Origin: Sandaracinaceae bacterium
GTDB lineage: Bacteria; Myxococcota_A; Polyangia; Polyangiales; Sandaracinaceae
Direction of reading: 5' to 3'
Length of the DNA stretch: 19,624 bases
NCBI GenBank assembly: GCA_044220955.1
Contig: JBGAQA010000114.1
Location: 1 to 19,624 of the forward strand
The translations under genes and the position numbers were made by a program. Each line of letters begins with the position of its first letter. The stretch's first letter is position 1. Shown piece by piece: positions 8,434-16,555 of the stretch. The notes below the pieces were generated by a model that saw nothing but the letters and a program-made list of their open reading frames with translations, did not search any database and was not told the DNA's origin.

Positions 8434-9069
8434 GTGCGCAAGACCCGCATACTCGTCGCGGACGACCACGAGCTCGTGCGGAAGGGTCTGCGCCGGCTGA
8501 TCGTGGGCCACGCGGGCTGGTGCGTGTGTGGGGAGGCGCCGGACGGCGAGCGGGCGCTCGAGCTCGCCCGCGCCACGCGCCCCGACGTCGTCGTCGCGGA
8601 CCTCGCGATGCCGAGGCTCGACGGGCTCGGGCTCCTGCGGCGCGTCCGGCGCGAGCGCCCCGAGGTCGTGACCGTCCTGGTCTCCGGCCTCGTCGCGCCC
8701 GGCCTCGACGACGGGCTCGCGCGCGAGGTGCTCGCGATGGGGATCGACGCCGTCGTCTCCAAGGCGGACGTCGCCGAGGCGCTCGTCACGGCCATCGAGC
8801 GTGCGCTCGTCGGCGTGCGCACCCGGCCGCGCGAGCGAGCGGCGCGGCCCGGGTCGGCCCCGCGGCCGCACCACGCGCTGACGCCGCGCGAGCGCGAGGT
8901 CATCGCCCTGATCGTCGGCGGTGCGAGCACCAAGGACGTGGCGCGCGCGCTGGGCATCAGCCTGCGCACCGTGGACGCGCACCGGGCCAACATCGCGCGC
9001 AAGCTCGACGTGCGCTCGGTCGCGGCGCTCGTCCGGTACGCGCTCCGTCACGGGATCGCGGATGCATGA
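8434..9069 (+). CDS. NarL/LuxR family DNA-binding response regulator
   Basis: Receiver ILVADDH...VVVADLAMP...VLVSG...VSK and LuxR HTH LTPREREV...ISLRTVDAHRANIARKL. Confidence 0.93.
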   Translation: MRKTRILVADDHELVRKGLRRLIVGHAGWCVCGEAPDGERALELARATRPDVVVADLAMPRLDGLGLLRRVRRERPEVVTVLVSGLVAPGLDDGLAREVLAMGIDAVVSKADVAEALVTAIERALVGVRTRPRERAARPGSAPRPHHALTPREREVIALIVGGASTKDVARALGISLRTVDAHRANIARKLDVRSVAALVRYALRHGIADA

Positions 9070-9192
9070 GGAGCCGTTCCGGCGAGCGCTCCGGTCCTGG
9101 CTCGCCGGCGCTCGACGGCACTCGGTGTTTCTGCCGATGGCGCCGGCCCGCCGGCGCGCGCTAGGAAGCTCCCCTGGCCGCGCCCGAACCCC

Positions 9193-9876
9193 ATGCGCTC
9201 CCGATCCTCCATCCCGTCCGCGAAGGCCGCGAGCACCGCGCGCAAAGGACGCGCGAGCGCGGAGCGTGCGAGGATCCTCGTCGCCCATCACCAGGATCTG
9301 GCGCGCCTGGGCCTTCGCTCCCTGCTCGAGGAGCGTCCGGGCTGGGAGGTCGTGGCCCAGTGCGGGGACGGCCGAAAGGCGTTCGAGCGCGCGCGCCGGC
9401 TGAGGCCGGACGTCACGGTGCTCGAGGCCGAGCTGCCCGGGATGGGCGGACTGAGCGTCGCGCGCCGGCTGCGCGACGCGGTGCCGGACACGCGGACGCT
9501 CCTGCTCGCGACGAGCCCCGCGGCGATCCGCGGCGACGAGGTCGACGCCGCGGGCGTGGCCGGGGTGGCCTTCATGTGCGAGCCGGCCGCGCGCACGGTC
9601 GCGGCGGTGCAGGCGCTGCTCGAGGGCCGCACGTGGCTCCCGCGCGAGCCCTCGTCGTCGTCGCCACCCCCCGCGACGGAGACGCTCACGCCGCGCGAGC
9701 GCGAGGTCGTCCGGCACGTCGCGGAGGGCCTGAGCTCCAAGGAGATCGCGTCGAGCCTCGCGCTCAGCGTGCGGACGGTCGACACGCACCGCGCGAACGT
9801 CATGCGCAAGCTCCGCCTCCGCTCGGTCAGCGAGGTCGTCCGCTACGCGGTGCGGCACCGGCTCGTCGATCCGTGA
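9193..9876 (+). CDS. NarL/LuxR family regulator with atypical (pseudo-)receiver
   Basis: Intact HTH LTPREREV...LSVRTVDTHRANVMRKL. The receiver reads ILVAHHQ, VTVLEAELP and GVAFMC in place of the DD, D and K positions. Confidence 0.88.
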   Translation: MRSRSSIPSAKAASTARKGRASAERARILVAHHQDLARLGLRSLLEERPGWEVVAQCGDGRKAFERARRLRPDVTVLEAELPGMGGLSVARRLRDAVPDTRTLLLATSPAAIRGDEVDAAGVAGVAFMCEPAARTVAAVQALLEGRTWLPREPSSSSPPPATETLTPREREVVRHVAEGLSSKEIASSLALSVRTVDTHRANVMRKLRLRSVSEVVRYAVRHRLVDP

Positions 9877-9926
9877 CGCCACCGCCGCGCGACCGGCCGC
9901 GGAGGACCACGTAGGTATTTCCATGG

Positions 9927-12065
9927 ATGGCCGCGAGGGGCCCCGGGTCACTACCGTGCCCGTCGGGGGATCGCGTGGGATCGGAGACACCGCCTCGTTC
10001 GGATCGAGCCGGCGCGCGCGCGCCGGACAGCCGCGTGGATCGGCTCTCCGAAAAGCTCGGTTCGCTCACGGCCCTGGCCCGCGCGCTCGCGCAGGCCGCT
10101 CCGGTCGAGGCGCTCCTCGCGGCGCTCGAGCTCCCGATGGGCGCGCCCGGCGGGGGCCGCGCCGGCGTCCTGCTCGCCGTCCGGCGCGGCGTCGTCACGC
10201 GGCACGCGTTCGGCGACGCCCCGTGGCAGGGCGCGGTCCGGGCCTGGGCGGCCGTGGCTCCCGCCGGCCTCGTCGAGCAGCTCGCCGCGGCGCGCTCTGC
10301 CGTCCGCGCTCCGGGCGAGGGGGTGCCTCCGGAGCTCGGCGCGCTCGCCGGCGCCGAAGGCGGGCCCTCGATCTGGATCGCTCCCGTTCGAGGCCGCGGC
10401 CGCGCGCCCGACGGGATCCTGGTGATCGGCTTCGAGCGCGCGGCGGACTCCGACGCCGACCGCGCCGCGTGGGTCGAGGGCGTGGCGAGCCTGCTCGAGG
10501 TGGCCGTCGAGCTCGGGCGGGCCGCGCAGGCGCGCTCGCTGGCGAGCGTCGAGGCGCTCGGCCCCGGCACGACGCTCCGCGCGGTGCTCGACGCGGTCTC
10601 GGACGGAGTCGGCGTCATCGACGCCAGCGGCAAGCTCGCGTACTGGAACCCGCACATCGAGACGCTCCTGCGCGCGGTCCCCGTGCCCGGCGAGGGGGCC
10701 GAGGAGCGCGCGCGCACGTACGGGATCTTCCTCGCGGACCAGACGACGCTCTGCCCGGCGAGCGCGCTGCCCGGCATGCGGGCGCTGCGCGGGGAGCGGG
10801 TCGACGGTGCCGAGCTCTTCCTGCGGCACACGACGGGACCGCCCGCCTGGATCCGGGTGGACGCACGCCCTCTCTTCGACGCGGACGGACGGATCATCGG
10901 CGCCGTGGCGGTCTCCCGCGACGTCACGAGGGAGAAGAGCGAGCGCGAGCGGCTCGCGGTGAGCGAGCGCCTGGTGTCGGTCGGGATGGTCGCCGCGGGT
11001 GTCGCCCACGAGGTCAACAACCCGCTGACGGTGGTGCTGGCGAACCTCGATCTCGCGATGCGCGCGGCCAGCGAGGGCCCGTCCACCGAGGCGTCCGAGG
11101 TGCTCTCGACGGCGCTGCGCGACGCGCGGGAGGCCGCGGAGCGCGTCCGGCACATCGCGATGGATCTGCGCACGCTCTCTCGCGCCGACGACGACGCGCG
11201 CGCGCCGGTCGATCTGCACGGCACGCTCGACACCGCGCTGCGGCTCGCGCGTCACGAGATGGCGGCGCGCGCGCACGTCGTGGTCTCGTACGGCGAGACG
11301 CCGCCCCTGCGCGGGAACGCCGCGCGGCTGGGCCAGGTGCTTTTGAACCTGCTGGTCAACGCCGCGCAGGCGATCGGGGCCGGGCACGTCGACGCGAACG
11401 TCATCGAGGTCACGGTCGGCACCACCGACGGCATGGCCTTCATCGACGTCCGCGACACGGGCGGCGGGATCCCGGCGGCCGTCCGCGCGCGCCTCTTCAC
11501 CCCCTTCGCCACGACGAAGGCCGGCGGCACGGGCCTCGGGCTCGCGATCTGCGATCAGATCGTCCGCGCGCACGGCGGGCGCATCGTCGTCGACTCCGAG
11601 CCCGGGCGCGGGACGACGTTCCGCGTGCTGCTGCCGGCTGCGGAGGTGGGACCGCCGCGAGAGCCCCCGCCCGACCTCGCGAAGGGCGCGCCGCCCGCGC
11701 CGCGCGTGCGCGTCCTGGTCGTCGACGACGACGAGCTGACGGCGCGCGCGATCCGGCGAACCCTCGCCCCGGCGCACGACGTGACGGTGGTGCGCTCGGC
11801 GCTGCACGCGCTCGACGCGATCGCGCGCGGGGAGCGCTACGACGTGCTGCTGAGCGACCTCGACATGCCGGGGCTCGGCGGCGTCGGGCTCCACGAGCGG
11901 CTGCGCGCGATCGCGCCCGAGCTCGCAGCGCGGACCGTCCTGATGACCGGCGGCATGCTCGGCGACGACGTCGCCGCGTACGTCGAGCGGGCCGGCTGCG
12001 CGGTCCTCGAGAAGCCCTTCGGCGCCGAGCAGGTGCGCGCCGCGATCCGCGCGCGGGTGCGCTGA
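9927..12065 (+). CDS. Cytoplasmic hybrid sensor histidine kinase (GAF-like, PAS, HisKA, HATPase, REC)
   Basis: H-box AAGVAHEVNNPL, N-box QVLLNLLVNAAQA, DTGGGI, LFTPFATTK, GTGLGL; PAS (DAVSDGVGVID...WIRVDARPLFD..GRIIGAVAVSRDVT); REC VLVVDDD/SDLDMP/MTG/EKPF. No TM is evident and the start is uncertain. Confidence 0.93.
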   Translation: MAARGPGSLPCPSGDRVGSETPPRSDRAGARAPDSRVDRLSEKLGSLTALARALAQAAPVEALLAALELPMGAPGGGRAGVLLAVRRGVVTRHAFGDAPWQGAVRAWAAVAPAGLVEQLAAARSAVRAPGEGVPPELGALAGAEGGPSIWIAPVRGRGRAPDGILVIGFERAADSDADRAAWVEGVASLLEVAVELGRAAQARSLASVEALGPGTTLRAVLDAVSDGVGVIDASGKLAYWNPHIETLLRAVPVPGEGAEERARTYGIFLADQTTLCPASALPGMRALRGERVDGAELFLRHTTGPPAWIRVDARPLFDADGRIIGAVAVSRDVTREKSERERLAVSERLVSVGMVAAGVAHEVNNPLTVVLANLDLAMRAASEGPSTEASEVLSTALRDAREAAERVRHIAMDLRTLSRADDDARAPVDLHGTLDTALRLARHEMAARAHVVVSYGETPPLRGNAARLGQVLLNLLVNAAQAIGAGHVDANVIEVTVGTTDGMAFIDVRDTGGGIPAAVRARLFTPFATTKAGGTGLGLAICDQIVRAHGGRIVVDSEPGRGTTFRVLLPAAEVGPPREPPPDLAKGAPPAPRVRVLVVDDDELTARAIRRTLAPAHDVTVVRSALHALDAIARGERYDVLLSDLDMPGLGGVGLHERLRAIAPELAARTVLMTGGMLGDDVAAYVERAGCAVLEKPFGAEQVRAAIRARVR

Positions 12066-12099
12066 TCACCCGGCGCCGGCAGACCGGGTCGCCGACGCC

Positions 12100-12166
12100 G
12101 CCGACGACGGCGACGGCCTCCACCGACGCGCGGAGCACGCCGACGCCGGTGCCGTTCGTGGGGTCG
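12100..12166 (-). repeat. Direct repeat copy 1: displaced duplicate of the 3' end of the lipoprotein gene
   Basis: 63 of 67 nt identical to 13795-13861. It translates on the minus strand as DPTNGTGVGVLRASVEAVAVVG versus DLTNGTGVGVFRESAEAVAVVG. Confidence 0.9.
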
Positions 12167-12264
12167 CGCGGGCCGTCGGTGCGGTGGCGCGCGGTGCACA
12201 CCGTTTGGCGCGCGAGTGAAAGCTCGCGACACGTCCCTCGCTACGTTTCGCGCGCGGAGCACGA

Positions 12265-12816
12265 ATGGAACGTTGGGCGGGATGGCGGGGGTTCTCGGTG
12301 GGCGCGGTCGGCGCGACGCTCCTGGCGCTCGTCTGCTGGATCGCCGCCCTGATGGTGCTCCACGGCGCGCTCGGATTCACGGCGCTGCCGAACGGCCTCG
12401 ACGACGTCGTGGGCCTCGTCATGATCCTGGGCCTGCTGGCGCTGCCGCTGCCGCTCGCCCTGAGCGTGCTCGACGCGGTCGTCACCGTCCGCGCCGCGCC
12501 GCAGAGCGAGCGCCGTCCGACGGGGACCGCGTACGGGCTCGGGTGCGGGGCGCTCTCGGGGGTGCTCCTCGGCTGCCTCGTGTCGTGGCTCGCCGTGGAC
12601 GCGTACTACGGCTGGTGCGACAACGACGCCCTCGCCGTCCAGTACGCGCAGTCGGGCGCGCTCGAGGGTGAGGTCTTTCGGGACGAGGCGAGCTCCGATC
12701 GCAACTGGATGGTCGCCGACGGCTGCTGCACCGGAGCGCTCCTCGCGCTCGCCGCAGGGCTCGGCGGCGGAAGCGCGGCCGTGTGGAGGCGTCGCCGGGC
12801 GAGCTCGTCCGGCTGA
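12265..12816 (+). CDS. Hypothetical integral membrane protein (about 4 TM)
   Basis: Four hydrophobic segments and a basic C-terminal RRRR; GGAG upstream of the ATG. Confidence 0.7.
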   Translation: MERWAGWRGFSVGAVGATLLALVCWIAALMVLHGALGFTALPNGLDDVVGLVMILGLLALPLPLALSVLDAVVTVRAAPQSERRPTGTAYGLGCGALSGVLLGCLVSWLAVDAYYGWCDNDALAVQYAQSGALEGEVFRDEASSDRNWMVADGCCTGALLALAAGLGGGSAAVWRRRRASSSG

Positions 12817-12848
12817 CCTCGGCGAGGGACGACCGGGAGTGGCTGGTG

Positions 12849-12854
12849 TAGCTT
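12849..12854 (+). promoter_or_regulatory. -10 element TAGCTT, 6 nt before GTG 12861 (leaderless-type)
   Basis: Reads TAGCTT-cgcgag-GTG. Confidence 0.5.
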
Positions 12855-12860
12855 CGCGAG

Positions 12861-13700
12861 GTGCTCGCGGCTCACTCCCTCCGGCGCGCAGAGTCGGAGT
12901 CGGCGTTCTTCCGATCGCCCCGGGGGCTCTTCGTCACCGAGGCGAACGCCGCGTACTGGTGCTGGAGCCCCGAGCTCTGGGGCGCCACCGTCGTCGGGCA
13001 CGCGGACACCGCCACCGTCCGCGCGCTCGCGCGCTGGATCACGGAAGAGCGCAGGCTCGACGGTCCTCTGCACTCGGCGGTCTTCGACCTGCGCGGGCTG
13101 CGTGGGATCGACCCCGCTGCGTTCCTCGTGTTCGCGAGCTTCATCCGCGAGCCCGCGCGCCGGTTCACGGTCGGCCGAGGCGCCGTCATCCCGCCGGCCG
13201 GCGGTCTGGCCGAGGCCGCGGTCGTCGGAGCGACGGCGATCCTCGAGACCCGGCGACAGTGGTTCTTCGCAGACTCGCTCGATCACGCCCTCCGGAGCCT
13301 GGAGCAGCCGGGAGCGGAGCCCGCAGTCGAGTCGGTGCTCACGACGCTCCTCGAGGAGCAAGCCGTCGTCGAGAAGGTCGAGGCGCTGCTCGCGAGCGAC
13401 TCGCCACGCACGACCTCGAGCGAGATCGCGCGCCTGCTCGGCCTCTCCACGCGGACGCTGCAACGGCGCCTGCGCGACGCGAACGAGACCCTGCGGTCGA
13501 TCCGGGAGCGCGTGCGCCTCCGCTCGACGCAGCGCCTACTGGTCGACACGGACCACAAGATCGCGTTCATCGCCGCGGAGCTCGGGTTCTCGTCCGCGGG
13601 CCAACTGACGCGCGTGTTCCGTCGCTTGACAGGCCTGAGCCCGACCGAGTGGCGAGCGCGGAGCCGAACGAGCGCCGCGCGAGAGGTCCGCGGGAAGTGA
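12861..13700 (+). CDS. AraC/XylS family transcriptional regulator
   Basis: C-terminal double HTH: IARLLGLSTRTLQRRL...LLVDTDHKIAFIAAELGFSSAGQLTRVFRRLTGLSPTEWR. Confidence 0.92.
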   Translation: MLAAHSLRRAESESAFFRSPRGLFVTEANAAYWCWSPELWGATVVGHADTATVRALARWITEERRLDGPLHSAVFDLRGLRGIDPAAFLVFASFIREPARRFTVGRGAVIPPAGGLAEAAVVGATAILETRRQWFFADSLDHALRSLEQPGAEPAVESVLTTLLEEQAVVEKVEALLASDSPRTTSSEIARLLGLSTRTLQRRLRDANETLRSIRERVRLRSTQRLLVDTDHKIAFIAAELGFSSAGQLTRVFRRLTGLSPTEWRARSRTSAAREVRGK

Positions 13701-13770
13701 GGCGGCCATCGGCGGCACGCGCGAAGGCGAGAGCAGCGCCGTGGAGATCGCTGCCGAGCGCGGCTGACGC

Positions 13771-14529
13771 TCAGGGTCGGCGGATCTGATCGACGCCGAC
13801 GACGGCGACGGCCTCCGCCGACTCGCGGAACACGCCGACGCCGGTGCCGTTCGTGAGGTCGTAGATCCCGAGCACGTAGCCGCGCTGGCTCCACATGGTG
13901 TGCGTGAAGCTCGACTGGTACGTGAGGACGGCCGCGGTCGCGAGGCGGTCCCCGGTGCGGAAGCCGACGCCGACGAACTCCTGGTGCCCGGAGCCCCAGC
14001 GCACGTCGTAGACGCCGCTGCCCATGTCGCTCACGCTGACGGTCATCGAGTAGGAGCCGCCCCCGGGGTTGGTGCCCCACGTGCGGAAGGCGCCCGAGAA
14101 GGGGTCCGGCACGCCGAGGCCTCGCCACTCCTCGGTGCCGAGGTCGGTGCTGCGCCCGTCGGCCCAGACGCCCTCCACGTCCAGCTCGCCCGGGTGGTAC
14201 ACGGCGACCTGCGACGCCTCGAGCGCGCCCGTGTAGCCGACGTAGAGGTGCCCCGCCTCGGCGACGGCGACGCCGAACGCGAGGGGCTGGCCGGCGGCGT
14301 CGACGCGCGCGACGCGGAACACCGGACCCGGCCCCTGGATCTGCAGCGTGTGGCCCGTGCCCCACGGGAGGTTGCCCTCGGCGATCCAGGTCCCGCTCGG
14401 GTCCATCACGTCGAAGGGAGGACGGCCGGAGAGCAGCGCGCGCCCGCGCCCGCGCCAGCCGCAGCCGACCGAGAGCAGCGAGAGCGCCGCGAGCGAGAGC
14501 ACGAGGAGGGCACGCAGAGAGCGCGTCAT
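13771..14529 (-). CDS. Putative lipoprotein with two related beta-rich domains
   Basis: Lipobox LSVG-C after a hydrophobic leader. Internal similarity: SGTWIAEGNLPWG...FGVAVAEAGHL versus SGAFRTWGTNPGG...VGVGFRTGDRL. Confidence 0.8.
   Translation of the reverse strand: MTRSLRALLVLSLAALSLLSVGCGWRGRGRALLSGRPPFDVMDPSGTWIAEGNLPWGTGHTLQIQGPGPVFRVARVDAAGQPLAFGVAVAEAGHLYVGYTGALEASQVAVYHPGELDVEGVWADGRSTDLGTEEWRGLGVPDPFSGAFRTWGTNPGGGSYSMTVSVSDMGSGVYDVRWGSGHQEFVGVGFRTGDRLATAAVLTYQSSFTHTMWSQRGYVLGIYDLTNGTGVGVFRESAEAVAVVGVDQIRRP
13795..13861 (-). repeat. Direct repeat copy 2 (inside the 3' end of the lipoprotein gene)
   Basis: 63 of 67 nt identical to 12100-12166. Confidence 0.9.
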
Positions 14530-14535
14530 GCCGCC

Positions 14536-14541
14536 ACCCTA
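14536..14541 (-). promoter_or_regulatory. -10 element TAGGGT, 6 nt before ATG 14529 (leaderless-type)
   Basis: Minus strand reads TAGGGT-ggcggc-ATG. Confidence 0.5.
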
Positions 14542-14591
14542 CGTCCGCGGCGAAGCCGCCATCAAGCGCCTCGCGATCGCTCGGCGCCCGC

Positions 14592-15401
14592 TCAGCGATC
14601 GAGCGGGACGACGAGCTTCGGACGCGGCGGCGTCGCCGCGCGGCGCGGATCCTGCGGGTGCAAGGGCGCGATGGCCGTGCCGAGCGCGGTGAACTCGACG
14701 ATGGGCGGGCCCGACGCGCCCGCGCCGCCGTACACGGCCTCGTCGACCGTCATGCCGACGATGCCGACCGGGCAGTCCGGGGTGCCGCGGGGCCAGTGGC
14801 GGAAGAGATCCTGCTGCAGGCGCTCCATCGCGAGCTCGCGCGCGTCGAAGAAGGCGCGCGTGACCGGCTCGATCTCGCAGTCCTTGTCGCGGTACGCGCG
14901 CAGGACGCGCGGGTCGATGCCGTACACGCAGTTGCCCATCGCGACGGTGACGGGCCGGTAGCCGGCGGTGAGCAGCGTGACGAACTCCGCGCCCGAGAGG
15001 TCGCTGTCGAAGGGGTGGCCGTTGGCGAGCCTCAGGCTGGGCGAGCCGCGGAGCCGCTCGGGCGCGTGGCGCGCATCGAACACCACCGCCGTGCCGACCG
15101 CCACGCACTTGGCGACCTGCCGCGCGCCGCGCCACACGTGGTGCTCCACCTCGAGGCGCACGTCGACCACGCCCTCGGCCCCGAGCTGCGCGGCCTGCGC
15201 GCGCATGCGCTGGATGGCGAGCAGGCGCGCCTGACGCATCGCGTGGCTGAGCGTCTTGATCTCGGCCGTCGCGACGGCCCAGTCGTACTGCGAGCCCGCG
15301 GCGAACACGCACGAGCCGATGACGAGCCCGCGCGGCAGGAAGCCGACGCGCGCGAGCGTGATGAACTCGGTGACGCCGAGCTCGCTGAGAGCGGCGCTCA
15401 T
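14592..15401 (-). CDS. Tandem YbjQ/UPF0145 (putative heavy-metal-binding) domain protein, paralogue D (269 aa)
   Basis: Two domains: SELGVTEF...ARLLAIQRMRAQAAQLGAEGVVDVRL...AVGTAV and SDLSGAEF...ARELAMERL...ALGTAI. ATG 15401 is preferred; GTG 15443 is an alternative. Confidence 0.85.
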   Translation of the reverse strand: MSAALSELGVTEFITLARVGFLPRGLVIGSCVFAAGSQYDWAVATAEIKTLSHAMRQARLLAIQRMRAQAAQLGAEGVVDVRLEVEHHVWRGARQVAKCVAVGTAVVFDARHAPERLRGSPSLRLANGHPFDSDLSGAEFVTLLTAGYRPVTVAMGNCVYGIDPRVLRAYRDKDCEIEPVTRAFFDARELAMERLQQDLFRHWPRGTPDCPVGIVGMTVDEAVYGGAGASGPPIVEFTALGTAIAPLHPQDPRRAATPPRPKLVVPLDR

Positions 15402-15436
15402 TCGAGCACCCGAGGCGTCGAAGACGCGATATTCAT
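15398..15436 (-). other. 12-codon ORF (MNIASSTPRVLE) overlapping both neighbours by ATGA
   Basis: ATG 15436 overlaps the TGA of paralogue C, and its TGA overlaps ATG 15401 of paralogue D. GGAGGG lies 6 nt upstream. Confidence 0.4.
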
Positions 15437-16554
15437 TCCGCACCCTCCACTTTCTTCACCACCGGCGGGTTCGCCGAGAGCACGAGGATCGGATCCGGCA
15501 GCTCTCCCGCGTGGCCCGGCGCGACCGCCGTGCCGATGACGAAGAGCTCGATCACCTCGCCGTTGCTGAGCGCCGCGTTGCCCATGTTCCACGGATCCGT
15601 GCGCCACGCGTGCTCGCGCTCGGCCACGGTCACGCCGACGATCCCGGTCGCCCCGAGATCCTCGGCCTCGTCCTGCAACCGCTCGATCGCGAGCTCGCGG
15701 GCGTCGTAGAGCGCGTGCGTGTACTCGGGCAGCTCGCGGCTCTCGTTCGCGCGCACCTGCAGGAGCGAGGGCGGCACGTAGTAGACGCAGTTGCCCATCA
15801 CGAACCCGAGCGGCCGGTAGCCGCAGCGGATGAGCATCCAGAAGTCCTGCCCGCTCAGGTCGGACTGGAAGGGCTTGCCGCTCTGGTGCCGGTAGGTGCC
15901 CGGGTGCGTGCGGTGCCGGATCGCGGTGCCGATCGCGATGAACTCGGCCGTGTTGCTGCCGAACGAGTAGCTCGCCCGGCCCTGCGGCTGGTTCCAGGGC
16001 GGGATGGGCAACGCCTGCCACGCCTGCCGCCGCCCGTACTGCTGCCACTGCTGGTCGGCGACCTGGCGCCAGCCGCTCCAGTAGCCGGCGCTGGGGATGC
16101 TCGGCATGCCGCCGAACGTGACCGTCCCCATCGGCCGGCGGAAGCCGAGCCGCTTGGACCACTTCGCCCACGCCCGGTACTGCTGGAACTCCTGCCGGCG
16201 CGGGTCGAGGGCGAGGTTGATGGTGAGGCGCACGCCGATGATGCCGTCGGCGCCGAGCTCGGCCGCCTCCTCCTCCATGCGGTTCATCGCGAGCTCGCGC
16301 GCGTGATAGAGGGCGCGCGAGGTGTCGACGAGCTCGCGGCCCGGCTCGCCGCGCGCGAGCGAGGGGAGCTGCGTCGCGACCTGGTAGATCGACGTGCCCA
16401 TCACCATGCCGACGGGCTCGAAGCCCGCCTCGCGCACGAGCAGGAACTCGTTGACGCTCAGGTCGCTCGTGAAGAAGTGGTGCTGGCGCATGTCCGCCAG
16501 GCGCTCGAGCGCGTGGACGGGCAGGTCTCTCGCTTCTCCGGGCTGCCAGGCCAT
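15433..16554 (-). CDS. Tandem YbjQ/UPF0145 domain protein, paralogue C, with an ~80-aa W/Q/R-rich insertion (373 aa)
   Basis: FTSDLSVNEF...ARELAMNRMEEEAAELGADGIIGVRL...AIGTAI and FQSDLSGQDF...ARELAIERLQDEAEDLGATGIVGV...VIGTAV. Confidence 0.9.
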   Translation of the reverse strand: MAWQPGEARDLPVHALERLADMRQHHFFTSDLSVNEFLLVREAGFEPVGMVMGTSIYQVATQLPSLARGEPGRELVDTSRALYHARELAMNRMEEEAAELGADGIIGVRLTINLALDPRRQEFQQYRAWAKWSKRLGFRRPMGTVTFGGMPSIPSAGYWSGWRQVADQQWQQYGRRQAWQALPIPPWNQPQGRASYSFGSNTAEFIAIGTAIRHRTHPGTYRHQSGKPFQSDLSGQDFWMLIRCGYRPLGFVMGNCVYYVPPSLLQVRANESRELPEYTHALYDARELAIERLQDEAEDLGATGIVGVTVAEREHAWRTDPWNMGNAALSNGEVIELFVIGTAVAPGHAGELPDPILVLSANPPVVKKVEGAE

Positions 16555-16555
16555 G

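Noticed and set aside
8878..9710. Repeated ACGCCGCGCGAGCGCGAGGTC in both regulators
   Set aside because: It is explained by the conserved LTPREREV protein motif, not by a DNA element.
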